Assembly: GCF_001194135.2 (NCBI RefSeq)
Contig: NC_068987.1
Coordinates: 16,836,102 to 16,878,251, forward strand
DNA from: Octopus bimaculoides
Lineage: Eukaryota
Direction of reading: 5' to 3'
Length of the DNA: 42,150 nt
Below the pieces are notes generated by a model. It searched no databases and was not told the DNA's origin. It worked only from the letters and a program-made list of their open reading frames with translations. Both the position numbers and the translations under genes were made by a program. Each line of letters starts with the position of its first letter. The stretch's first letter is position 1. Positions 11,146 through 23,065 of this stretch are shown piece after piece.

Positions 11146-11612
11146 TAGGCGCAGGACTGGCTGTGTGGTAAGTAGCTTGCTTACGAACCACATGGTTCTG
11201 AGTTTAGTCCCACTGCGTGGCACCTTGGGCAAATATCTTCTACTATAGCCTCGGGCCGACCAAAGCCTTGTGATTTGGTAGCCGGAAACTGAAAGAAGCC
11301 CGTCGTATATATGTATATATATATATGTATGTGTGTGTATGTGTTTGTGTGTCTGTGTTTGTCCCCCCCCCCCCCAACATCACTTGACAACCGATGGTGG
11401 TGTATTTACGNNNNNNNNNNAACATCACTTGACAACCGATGGTGGTGTATTTACGTCCACGTAACCTAGCGGTTCGGCAAAAGAGACCGATAGAATAAGT
11501 ACTAGGCTTCCAAAAATACGCCCTGGGGTCGATTTGCTCGACTAAAGGCGGTGTTCCAGCATGGCCGCAGTCAAATTACTGAAACAAGTAAAAGAGTAAA
11601 AGAGTAAAGAGT
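11146..11612 (+). mobile_element. SINE type B with internal (TA)/(TG) microsatellite, full length
   Basis: Head aggcgcaggactggctgtgtggtaagtagcttgc...gagtttagtccc, CORE-like caccttgggcaa, internal microsatellite, 3' ccagcatggccgcagtc...(AAAGAGTA)n tail. Confidence 0.92.
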
Positions 11613-12719
11613 AACGAAATTGTGGAAATTCTTAAGCAGGTAGGCTTGGTTTTAGTTGATAAGTATGTGACACAGAGATCTACTGGAGCCAGATTGAACT
11701 GGGTTAAACAGTCTATCTCAAAATATATTTACCTACTTATATATCTACGTAAGAAATAGTTGTTCTAACTACGCTACCTACATTATATGATGTAGTCGAT
11801 GTTACAGTGCTAATGTTTATCAGTACACGCATGCACACACACTCATTCACACACTCTCTCTCTCACACACACAAGCACACGTACATGTACGCGCGAATAC
11901 AAAGTTTTTCTAGAACTGTCGCAATGTTAATTTCAGATATTGATCAATCTTGCAATGTTCGGCAGGATATGGGTTAATATTATGACCCATGGGTCTTCGA
12001 CCTTTCAGAATAAATACGCAATTAGAAGTGTTTCAGGTTGTAATAGCTCAACTGAAGCTTCGTATTGTTCAACGCCAATACAGTAAAATCATATCTCGTG
12101 CAAGATCATGGCTTGTTGAATAGGAAACATGCAGACAAGTTCAGAAGAAAATCTCATATACACATGCATTGATAACCATTTGGAAATGCACACTAACACA
12201 CACACACACATACATGCATATACGTCCCGATATAATAAATATATATATATATATATTCGTTCAGGTATATAGGTAAATAATAAGCATTCAGGTCTTCATT
12301 TGAGTGTCTGTCTAACAGCATATGTTTGTCACAGTGAAACCGGTGCTGAATATGTGCAACTTACCTGTGAATATGGGTTGTGCGTGTGATATAAAGCTAT
12401 ATGCACAATTCACTGTTTTGTATGCTGTTCTCATATTCTCTATTTCCTTCACTCTCACCACACACACACACGCACACACGTATTATGTATATATATATAT
12501 AAATTCAAAAAGGGATAAAACTCTTTTACAGGAATTTTATCAAGAAGCCAGTGCATTAGGTACTAAATGTGGTTATTTTGAGAAGTCCACTGTGTGGCGT
12601 TGTTATTTTTCTGTAATAATGCCCTTTATATAAATATAAAAGAATATANNNNNNNNNNNNNNNNNNNNNNNNNNNNNNNNNNNNNNNNNNNNNNNNNNNN
12701 NNNNNATGTATATATACAA

Positions 12720-13140
12720 GAATAAGGGCAGGGAATCATCAATTAATAATAGAATTAATAATTAACAATTTTGCCAAGTAGTTCAGTATGAAAAAACCTT
12801 TATCGGTAAAACCATTTATCATCATAAATATACAGGGATTAGCATTGAGTTGCTTCTCCAACATACTGAAAATTTAGAAATAGCAGTCAAAGAACTACTG
12901 ATTCTGAAATAACTCAGAGAGGATCAGTGGCATATATTTGGAAAACATAGAGATCTACACATTTTCTCAAATGCCAAAAAAACATGAATTCTTGATGTGT
13001 TGAATTTATCATCATCTCAAGAGGATGTCTCATTATAACCAAACGACAATTCTGAACAGCTCCGTATGAGAAGTGACAATCTCAGGATTGAAGAATTTTT
13101 CGAAGTTGGCATGCCATTTAGGAAAAGGGCAAGCTTATTG
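12720..13140 (-). mobile_element. Unclassified repeat; 12722-12890 recurs in opposite orientation at 23941-24110
   Basis: Shared segment gctatttct.aatt.tcagtatgttggagaagca...ccga.aaggttttttcatactga.ctac...gattccctgccct. Confidence 0.75.
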
Positions 13141-13209
13141 TGTGTGTGTTTGTGCGTGTGTGTATGTATACACACATATATATGCATGTAGACGTTATAT
13201 ATAGATATG

Positions 13210-13249
<40 letters not shown>

Positions 13250-13330
13250 AGTGTGTGTGTGTGTGTGTGTGCGTGTGCATATATATACGTACACATAAAC
13301 GCGCATATATAGACATGCATATACGAAGGC
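13130..13330. repeat. (TG)/(TA) compound microsatellite
   Basis: Read directly. Confidence 0.95.
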
Positions 13331-13479
13331 GTGTATACTATAAAGATAGCGTAATCATGGCTGAATATACATTCCCGAGCGTCCAATAACACTATCCGTA
13401 TCACGTCCTCACTTTGTTGTTTTTTTGTTATTGTTCTTTGTGTTTTTTTGAACTTATATATATATATATGTGCCATGAT

Positions 13480-13575
13480 AAATACAGGGTTTGAGTCATT
13501 TGACTAAAATTTCTTTGTGGGCGGTGCTTCTGTATTGCCTCGGTGAAATGACTGACACATGTAAAAGATTAAAAG
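13480..13575 (+). mobile_element. SINE type B 3' fragment
   Basis: ggcggtgcttctgtattgcctcggtgaaatgactgacacatgtaaaagattaaaagataa resembles the type B end. Confidence 0.6.
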
Positions 13576-13720
13576 ATAAACGATCTCCATCTCGCCTCCC
13601 TCCCTCTCCCTCTCTCTCCTATATACATATATACTTTTCTATACTCGCCGAGTGTTGAACTAGTACAGCGACTTCTTGTCCCTTGATGTGTCTTCGTCTT
13701 TTGTTTTCTGCATATTTGAA

Positions 13721-13722
<2 letters not shown>

Positions 13723-13801
<79 letters not shown>
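13723..13801. repeat. (CA)n microsatellite
   Basis: Read directly. Confidence 0.97.
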
Positions 13802-13804
<3 letters not shown>

Positions 13805-14809
13805 ATATAAACATGCATATACAATACCAATGAATGTTTTATCTAATTTCTCCTATACGTATCTAAAGCTATACTGAACACGCTCAGGCACAGTAGGATG
13901 TGGGAAAACACTCAATTACGGATAAAAGACCTGACATCAAATATACCTTCTCGACGACATGCATGAATGTATATTGGAATGCAAATGACGTCATTGAATC
14001 TTACGATACGTGCATTTCTCCGTTCTTTCGCGTCGTCAAATACGAACAGAAAATCCGTCATTCACAACCACAAAAAAGAAAATGCATTCGTTTTCATACT
14101 AGAACAGAGCACGTTATATCTGCTGATGTGCATAAGTCTTGGTCAAGCTAGAATTAAATAAAATCATACGAAGCAGCATTGAGTAAAATATATTCATATA
14201 AAATGCCATTTAACACAATGGAGACGGTCAGGCCTCGGAGGCCCCCTACCCTGCTGCGGAAATTGCCGCGAGAAATATTTTTCTTTTAGATGGTATGTGT
14301 GAGATCATATCTATGGCCTCGTGAATTAGCATAAATGAAACGGAAATGAGCCAATAGGAAGAACTCAGTGACATGTATTTGACTAACAAACACGGTTATG
14401 AGTTGTCGACCATGCTCAAGCACATTCGAACGATGAGAAAAACTCAACTACAGAAAACGACCTGACAGAAAATTCATCTCCTCGACATGTGGCCACTGAA
14501 CTCAGCGAAATTAACTGTGAAATCACTTTCGTATCAGACACAACCCTCTTGAAAAAGGGAAGAAAATATTGGATGAAAAGGTTCTAGAACTCCCTAAAGT
14601 GGCTGCGGGGTCTTGGTTGGAAGATTTACGCCCCAGAAGTCTGTTGGCCTGACGCTAAATCAGAGCTAAGCAGTCACAGCACTTTCAATATTTACCTTCC
14701 TAAACCACCTTCTATCAACACGTCTACATACCAAATTATCCTTTCAACTAACCTACCTATATCACCACATTATTCTCTGGTTGTGTCTGACGCCTACGTT
14801 TGTCAGTAG

Positions 14810-15130
14810 ACGCACGCACACCCTCACTCACACAACACAACACAGACACACACGCACGCACGCACATACAAAAGCACACGCATACACAGACACACACACA
14901 GATGCAACCACACATCACAGGTATACGCGCACATACACTGACACACACATCACAGATGCATAGACGCATGGGCGCACAGACACAGATAGAGACATTCATA
15001 CACAACACAAACACAAGCACGCGCACACTAACTCACGACTTGGACACGCAAGCACAACCCACAAACACACATTCATACACAAACGCATATACTATACAGT
15101 ATCGCTACACACACGCACGCGCACCTACAA
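14810..15130. repeat. Degenerate (CA)-rich simple repeat
   Basis: Read directly. Confidence 0.9.
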
Positions 15131-15499
15131 ACATCCGTCCGTTCGCCTAACTGCTGCTGCTTTTGTCCGTCTTACAGTTCAATATCTATTCAACCGATTG
15201 ATGTAGCCAACATCGACATCTAACCGACTCTACACAGTAAATAGCCACCTAGATGTCAAACGAGCTAACCAGCTAGATACCTAGTTCACAAGAAGTTTCT
15301 TGACTAATTTGTTTAACTTCGTACTATTTCGTCATTTATAAAGTTAGCTCACTAACAAACCGACTGGCTCCTCTGATAAGTAGGTAGGTAGCTTGTTAGC
15401 TACAGAGTTAGCTACAGAGTTAGCTACTTATCTCATTGGTTAAATTTTATTTTGGTTAATATATAACTAGATTATCTAGTTAGCTATGAGTATCGAGCC

Positions 15500-15694
15500 G
15501 GTTAGCTCGTTTGCTAGCAAGCTGGTTAGCTTGTTTGCTAGCAAGCTGGTTAGCTCGTTTGCTAGCAAGCTGGTTAGCTCGTTTGCTATCAAGCTGGTTA
15601 GCTCGTTTGTTATCAATCTGGTTAGCTCGTTTGTTATCAAATTGGTTAGCTGGTTTGTTATGAAGCTGGTTGTTAGCTCGTTTGTTATGAAGCT
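15500..15694. repeat. 24-bp minisatellite x8 (ggttagctcgtttgctagcaagct)
   Basis: Units at 15500, 15524, 15548, 15572, 15596, 15620, 15644 and 15668; last unit has a 3-bp insertion. Confidence 0.95.
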
Positions 15695-15799
15695 CGCTGA
15701 ATATTCTAGACAAAAATTAGCTAATAGCTAACTAATAGCTAACTGGATAACTAAATAAGGTACTTATAGTTAGGAAACGTTAGCGAATTATATTTGTCA

Positions 15800-15836
15800 G
15801 TCCGCCTGTCTATCTATCTATCTATGTATCTATCTC

Positions 15837-15875
<39 letters not shown>

Positions 15876-15877
15876 GC

Positions 15878-15913
<36 letters not shown>

Positions 15914-16036
15914 ATGTCTGTCTGTATGTATGTCTATTTATGCGTCCGTTTGTGTACGTCCTTCCAATCCATCCATCCATCCATCCATCCATTCATCCAT
16001 CCATCCATATCTATTGATCCGTCTGTCCGTCTGTCC

Positions 16037-16088
<52 letters not shown>

Positions 16089-16190
16089 GTCTGTCTGTCT
16101 GGCTGTCTGTCTGTCTGGCTGGCTGTCTGGCTGGCTGGCTGGCTGACCGTTTCTACGTTTGTCAATCCGAATGTCTGTCTGTCTATCTAT
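15800..16190. repeat. Compound tetranucleotide repeat (TCTG/TCTA/TCCA/GGCT)
   Basis: Read directly. Confidence 0.95.
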
Positions 16191-16356
16191 AGATCAATTT
16201 TTCATGCCTTTATCCTCCTGTATAATTGCTCCCCTCAACTTAGAAGCCTCTACGTGGTTCTTTGAAAGACTAGAAACAGCAGCTGATTAATCTTACTCTC
16301 AAACCTTGTTATTCTACCTTACAAAAAAAGAAAAGTATACATTAGAAGAATATATT

Positions 16357-16517
16357 CTTTTCTACTCTAGGCACAAGGCCCGAAATTTTTGAGGTGGGGG
16401 CCAGTCGATTAGATCGATCCCAGTACGCAAGTGGTACTTAATTTATCGACCCCGAAAGGATGAAAGGAAAAGTCAACCTCGGTGGAATTTGAACACAGAA
16501 CGGCGTGCTCGCCGCCT
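16357..16517 (-). mobile_element. SINE type A, tail variant 2, head internally deleted, 16-bp target-site duplication
   Basis: attagaagaatatatt at 16341-16356 and 16518-16533. Head reduced to aggcggcgagc-acgcc-gttctgtgttc. Confidence 0.9.
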
Positions 16518-17139
16518 ATTAGAAGAATATATTACATGAACAAATGGCACGAATCCAAGAATACATTAAATTTAATAATTACATCCATATTTCACGATTA
16601 ATAGCAAAAAAGTAATTATAAACAACGAAAACAAAAATCACGACTGAAGATTATAATTCTACCCGATCAGGACCAACTCAAAAACAGTTTCTATATAATT
16701 TCTTGAGTATATATATCCCTTAGTCAATTATTCTATATTCACCTAAATCACATACATACGCACATACACACACACCACCATCATCACCGCTGCCTCCCCT
16801 CCTCCTCCTCCTCCTCCTCCTCCTCAACCACCCGTACCTCGCGTACTATGCTGTCGTGCAAGTGTGTATATAACCTATTTCTTTTCATCTAGTGTGTGTA
16901 GCTGTCTTTGCATGAGTGCAACTGTCAAGATATCTCTACAATTATGCTTTACACAAAGTTTGAATATGAATACACACGCACATATACAATATATACATGC
17001 GTATATGCGTTCATGCATACATATTTAAATACACAAATACATACACATATGCACATACACACGAACATACACACATTCATACCTGTATACATTCGTACAT
17101 ATACACACATATATCTAACAAGTATCTAACGATAGCAAA

Positions 17140-18140
17140 TGTGCAAGGGACAGATTGAAGTTAGTTACTTATTGTGTATATATCTTTGTTCAGATATACT
17201 CGATAGATATTTGACGCTTCAACGTAGTTCGAGACGAACTTGCGACAAGACAGATCACATTTTGTGTGCTTCAGATCAACCTGAAAATGGAAAACCAAAG
17301 CGAAAATTATCAATACCTCAAGCTTTTTTCATCTCAAAAAGGCAAGAAAGTGGCGATAACTTGCAGGAAGATACTCGATGAGTTTGAAGCGGCTGGTGTT
17401 ATGGAATGTGGGTGGTAGGAATGGTTACAAGAGTTCAATTGGGGAAATTTTTCGGTTCAAGCTGTATCTCACCCTCGTCAGCCAACTGAGACTAAGTGAG
17501 TCGCCATTCCCCGCAGATATTCCCCCGATACTCAACCTGAGGGTTGATAAACGTCTGTGCCAACTTCATTTCGTCAGAGGGATCGATGCTTGGGTCCCAC
17601 ATCAACTGAATGAGGCTAACCTCGTCCAACAGATTTCCATCTGCGATTCGTGAAGAAACCTGAAGGAAATGATACTTTTTTGAGAAGAATGATGAAAGGG
17701 GACGAAAAAATGTGTCGTTTTCAATAATGTAAAACGCAAATGAATAAGGAGGAAGCACGGCGCGAACCACCATAAACAAGTAGGACTGCACCTGAAGAAG
17801 GTTATGCTTTCAATCTGGTGGAATTGGAATAGGAACACCGGCTCGGATGTTTTCGATGACCAGCTGGACAAATTAAACGCATCGATCTACCAAAAGTGTC
17901 CACTACTGGCCAATCGCAATGGAATTGCCTTTCCACGGTAATGCTAGATCGCATTCTTCTTTGTAGGCGCGGGAGAAGTTACTGTGAGGTTTTTTCCGCC
18001 CCCTCTATATTCGCGCGACCTTCTGTCTTTAGATATCTACCTGTTTTGGTCTCTTTCAAATTCATTTAAATTCTGAAGAGGGTATAAAAATTCACCTGGA
18101 AGAATTTTTCGTCTTAAAGACAGAGTACTGGAAGAACTCG
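17140..18140 (+). mobile_element. Decayed mariner (DD34D-type) transposase
   Basis: ATG at 17287 gives MENQSENYQYLKLFSSQKGKK. WVPHQL at 17591 (WVPHEL motif), GLHLKKVMLSIWW, and a decayed YSPDL-like YSRDL. Many stops, frameshifts and deletions; TIRs not found. Confidence 0.88.
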
Positions 18141-18925
18141 GGCTTGTGTCTTCTACTTTAGCCTCGGGCCATATCCAAAGTCTTCTAAGTGCATTTGATT
18201 GACGTAAAATAAAAGAAACCCATCATCTATATATATATATATATATATATATNNNNNNNNNNNNNNNNNNNNNNNNNNNNNNNNNNNNNNNNNNNNNNNN
18301 NNNNNNNNNNNNNNNNNNNNNNNNNNNNNNNNNNNNNNNNNNNNNNNNNNNNNNNNNNNNNNNNNNNNNNNNNNNNNNNNNNNNNNNNNNNNNNNNNNNN
18401 NNNNNNNNNNNNNNNNNNNNNNNNNNNNNNNNNNNNNNNNNNNNNNNNNNNNNNNNNNNNNNNNNNNNNNNNNNNNNNNNNNNNNNNNNNNNNNNNNNNN
18501 NNNNNNNNNNNNNNNNNNNNNNNNNNNNNNNNNNNNNNNNNNNNNNNNNNNNNNNNNNNNNNNNNNNNNNNNNNNNNNNNNNNNNNNNNNNNNNNNNNNN
18601 NNNNNNNNNNNNNNNNNNNNNNNNNNNNNNNNNNNNNNNNNNNNNNNNNNNNNNNNTATATATATATACATGTGTGCTACATGCTTTCTTGACTGTGATT
18701 GTCCCCCACCACGCTTGACGAACGATGTTGGTGTTCTTATATTCTCATAACTTAGTGGTTCGGCAAAATTGGACACACATGTGGTGATGACAATCAATCT
18801 TCATACCGATTTTAAAAATAAATACCGATTTTAAAAATAAATACTGAGGTCGATTCGATCGACTAGAATACTTGAAGGCAATGCTCCAGTATTGCCGCAC
18901 GCTAATGTCTGAGAAGATTAAAAGA
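18140..18925 (+). mobile_element. SINE type B spanning gap 18253-18656
   Basis: gtgtcttctactttagcctcgggcc...(TA)n gap...ttgtcccccaccacgcttgacgaacgatg...ggttcggcaaaa...gctccagtattgccgc. Confidence 0.8.
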
Positions 18926-18939
18926 TAAGAAAATAAGAC

Positions 18940-19400
18940 GTCAGTTTTAAAATTATCTTTATGCAGTCCAACAGTCAGAAATGCTCCCAAATTACAAATC
19001 TGCACAGAAACAGAAAGAATCATCTGCCAACAAATGTAGTCTATGCAAAACCAAACTTAAAGGATTTAACCAGGGCATTGTCATTTGCGAGAGAATTTCC
19101 AGTAGATATTATCTTCCTATAATGCATGATGTAGCAGCCAGAGCAATATGGAATGGAATAAGAAAGAGAGGAGTCAAGCGATAAAGATGAACACATTGAG
19201 AGCGATGAAATCTAAGAACAGAAAAAAAGTCAGCAAATTAAATTGATCTGATGTTTGGAATGAAAAATAATAGCACAAAATACTGTGTTGTAGCTGGCAG
19301 GTGCCTATACGATATTGGTATAGAAAAAAAATATATGGAAAGTAGATATCTTTGGAAAATTGATGAGGAGTCTGCAAATTCGGTAACTAAATGATACATG
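18940..19400 (+). mobile_element. Decayed REL-type LINE fragment (zinc-knuckle/RHD region)
   Basis: YLYAVQQSEMLPNY...NKCSLCKT...ISSRYYLPIMHDVAARAIW matches the AIQEQEI...CRLC...YLP.RHD pattern. Frameshifted. Confidence 0.65.
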
Positions 19401-19431
19401 TAGCTTTATGTTAAATATTATAACATTATGT

Positions 19432-19812
19432 GGAGGTGCAATGGCCCAGTGGTTAGGGCAGCAGACTCGCGGTCATAGGATCGCGGTTTCGATTCCCAGA
19501 CCGGGCGTTGTGAGTGTTTATTGAGCGAAAACACCTAAAGCTCCACGAGGCTCCGGCAGGGGATGGTGGCGAACCCTGCTGTACTCTTTCACCACAACTT
19601 TCTCTCACTCTTACTTCCTGTTTCTGTTGTGCCTGTAATTCAAAGGGTCAGACTTCTCACACTGTCACGTGGAATATCCCCGAGAACTACGTGAAGGGTA
19701 CACGTGTCTGTGGAGTGCTCAGCCACTTGCACGTTAATTTCACAAGCAGGCTGTTCCGTTGATCGGATCAACTGGAATCTTCGACGTCGTCAGTGACGGA
19801 GTGCCAACAACT
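19432..19812 (+). mobile_element. SINE type C, full length
   Basis: ggaggtgcaatggcccagtggttagggcagcagactcgcggtcataggatcgcggtttcgattccc...gacggagtgccaacaac. Confidence 0.92.
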
Positions 19813-20429
19813 ATGACAATATGTAACCTGTTATACTAACCAAGTTATAAAAATTCTGAATAAACCCCTGAAAATCTTAGAGTATATTAGTTGACGATTG
19901 TCCCAGGAGTTCCTACACAATTACAATGTGAAGGATACATGCTCGACTAAACCGAAATAGTGGAATGACACAATATGTGCTAACCCGTCTGGAGCAAGTA
20001 TTGCAGAACTTTAAATCTTTATAAGAAAGAATTAATAGATTACATGTAGTTAAGGTATCTGAAGCAAATATGTACTTGCTAGACGTTGTTAAAATTAATA
20101 GGTAGAATGGAAGCGCATAAACTGACAAAATGAGCAAGTCGCTTTCTTAATGTTTTATACCAAACTTTGCCACACGGGAAGACACTCAAAATGCGCAGTA
20201 AAATTCCAATCAGAAAGCGAAAACATACAGTTTTTTACTTTTGTTTTTTTTTCCAAACTTCACCGCTACAGCTTTCGTTCTTTGTTAGAAACCAATTCTT
20301 TCTAGGAACGATAGAAATAATTAACAAAAGGTAGAGAGGATAAGTACATTCATTGAAACAAGTACAAACACAGTCATACACACAGTCATTCATTGAAACA
20401 GCACAAACACAGTCACTGGCTTCGGTACA

Positions 20430-20437
20430 TCCATACC

Positions 20438-20483
<46 letters not shown>

Positions 20484-20495
20484 AATCTCTCTGTG

Positions 20496-20577
<82 letters not shown>

Positions 20578-20730
20578 TATGTGTGTGTGTGTATACATAA
20601 AATTACAAATTACATATATGTATGTATCTATACGAATGTGTGTGTGTATGAAAGTACGCAAGCAATCATGCACAGATACAGAATTCACATAAATATTGTA
20701 TACGCACATGCGCACACACACACACACACA
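20430..20730. repeat. (TA)/(TG)/(CA) compound microsatellite
   Basis: Read directly. Confidence 0.95.
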
Positions 20731-20944
20731 TCTTTTGGAATCAGAAACATTACAAGTTTAGCAACCAGCCTCACGCTGTGTTGCCTGGGGATAGGGCACG
20801 TGAAAGCAGTAGTTCCTATTCAGCAAATTTCAGACTGTAAATAATTATATAAAAAGGAAAACCATATACGCTGCTTCTTGCATTGGATAATCTTTTTATC
20901 CACTTCATAAACACGAGCGTTTACATAATCATCTCTATACACGT

Positions 20945-21100
20945 CGTCTGAGGTAGCGAACTGGCAGAGTCGCTTGACTGTTGGAGTTCTGGATTTAATT
21001 CCTTCCGAGGTCACCTTTGCTTTTTATTGTTTTGGACGGGATGCAGTGTAGTATCCTTTCAGGTTTTGTGCATTCTGCATTCGAATTCCGGCCCTGTCAT
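20945..21100 (+). mobile_element. SINE type A fragments, degenerate
   Basis: gaggtagcgaactggcagagtcg...ccgaggtcacctttgcttttt; gcattctgcattcgaattccg. Confidence 0.6.
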
Positions 21101-21562
21101 CGGCGGACGTTTCCAGCTATTTGAAACATTAATGTTTCGGTATGAAGATTGATTGTCATCACCACATGTGTGTCCAAAGAACATGAGGATGGTCATAGTT
21201 TTCTCCAAGTACGAATCATTTGAGAACAGTTCATTTTAAGGGCAAGACCAACGGAGGGTGCAATTGCGTTGGTTACTGTGGAATCACGAATGTGGCGAAT
21301 GGTTATGGTTTTATTCAAATGTGCATCGTTTAATGGATTTTACTTTATTAAGTGCGTACTAACCAAGTGAAGATAATCGCGTCGGTTATAGAAAATCACT
21401 AACACTGCCGGCTATGCTTCATCTACTTGCTGTCCATACAAGCAAGGAGCTACAAAGGTTAGTGATATCCCGACCACTGCAACGGAAAACAAAGCAAACT
21501 CACCTTTGAGATTCAAGATCCATTATCCACTCCGCAAGGGAAGTTTATTTTTAATATCACAC

Positions 21563-21790
21563 TGAAGCGGTGAGCTGGTAGAATTGTAATCACGCCGGAC
21601 AAAAAATGCTAAGTAGAATTTCTTTCGATTTTACGTTCTGAGCGCATATATTTTTGTTTCATTTCGGGGTCAGCAAAATAAGTATCAGTTGGGCTCTGGG
21701 GCCGATATCATCAACTTATTTCTCATTAAAGCTTCTGGGGTCGATAAATCGACTTAATCCCATTTAAAATTACTGGCAATGCGCCAAAGA
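21563..21790 (+). mobile_element. SINE type A, degenerate
   Basis: gaagcggtgagctggtagaattg...acgttctgag...tcggggtcagcaaaataagtatcagtt. Confidence 0.75.
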
Positions 21791-21969
21791 ATATGACGAG
21801 GGTCATATTTCTCTTCATCATCCGCATCATTTCATGATTGGTCATCTTAAAATGCAACAGCAATGGAGAGCAGAGCACAATAGCGTTGGTTGCTATGAAA
21901 TCAGGACTATGACGATTGCTATGGATTTCTTCGAATGTGCATCCTTTGAAATTATTATTAAAGTTGCAC

Positions 21970-22180
21970 TGAAGGTGGCAACCTAGTAGAATCATAAGCG
22001 TGTCGAAGAACATACTTAGCATCCCTTTCGGTTCTTTACGTTCTGTGTTCAAATACCACCAAGGTCGACTTAGATCATTTTAGAATTGATAAAATAAATA
22101 ACACTTGAATACTGGGGTCCATGAGATCGACTTCCACCTTCTTAAGATTGCAGACCGTGTGCCAAATTTAAAACAGTTAT
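21970..22180 (+). mobile_element. SINE type A, tail variant 3, degenerate
   Basis: gaaggtggcaacctagtagaatc...acgttctgtgttcaaataccaccaaggtcgact...gtgtgccaaatttaaaac. Confidence 0.8.
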
Positions 22181-22711
22181 TAAACTTGCATTGAGGTGCA
22201 CATTTTATAGTATCATAGTCAGCGGTGTGAAAGGATAGCATAAGAGGAATGATATTTTTCCTCCTCTGCCGGATATCCAATCTGATATACATCCTCATTA
22301 AAGCTGAAGGTCACTGGATTTTGTCATACTGTGTGTTCAGCAACCCTCCTCGCCAGATTAGTGGTCCGGTTAGTCGTCGACGAGAGCAACACGCCACTAG
22401 TTGTTTTGGATTATATGTTACCGGTAGTACCCAAGCCTACCCAGATTACTTGCACAAAACACACACACACACACGAACATATTTAACATATGCAACTTCA
22501 GTGCATTCAGATATTAATATATGCATATGTGCATATGTTTATATAAATATTCTACTATATATAAAATCTTAAAACGAAAGACCACAAATCTTGTAATAGC
22601 AGCGATTTTAAGATTATCTTTACTCTCTTAGCTAATCGAGTGCTTTTCTACTTGAAGTATTACCACAATATATATAGACATACATATATATTTATCTGCA
22701 TGTATGTATGA

Positions 22712-22752
<41 letters not shown>

Positions 22753-23028
22753 NNNNNNNNNNNNNNNNNNNNNNNNNNNNNNNNNNNNNNNNNNNNNNNN
22801 NNNNNNNNNNNNNNNNNNNNNNNNNNNNNNNNNNNNNNNNNNNNNNNNNNNNNNNNNNNNNNNNNNNNNNNNNNNNNNNNNNNNNNNNNNNNNNNNNNNN
22901 NNNNNNNNNNNNNNNNNNNNNNNNNNNNNNNNNNNNNNNNNNNNNNNNNNNNNNNNNNNNNNNNNNNNNNNNNNNNNNNNNNNNNNNNNNNNNNNNNNNN
23001 NNNNNNNNNNNNNNNNNNNNNNNNNNNN

Positions 23029-23065
<37 letters not shown>

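Noticed and set aside
11377-11455. 34-bp direct repeat aacatcacttgacaaccgatggtggtgtatttacg
   Set aside because: The two copies flank a 10-N gap inside one SINE; typical unmerged contig overlap
19432-19505. tRNA-like sequence with A and B boxes (also 7770-7845, 26830-26905)
   Set aside because: No complete acceptor stem, and it continues into a SINE body; tRNA-derived heads, not tRNA genes
19913-20137. 74-aa ORF with hydrophobic N-terminus and cysteines (secreted-peptide-like)
   Set aside because: No promoter, splice or homology support; expected by chance in AT-rich DNA
20347-20416. ~30-bp direct duplication cattcattgaaaca...caaacacagtca; also small slippage duplications at ~7908, ~26915 and ~27316
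   Set aside because: Ordinary local slippage with no sign of function
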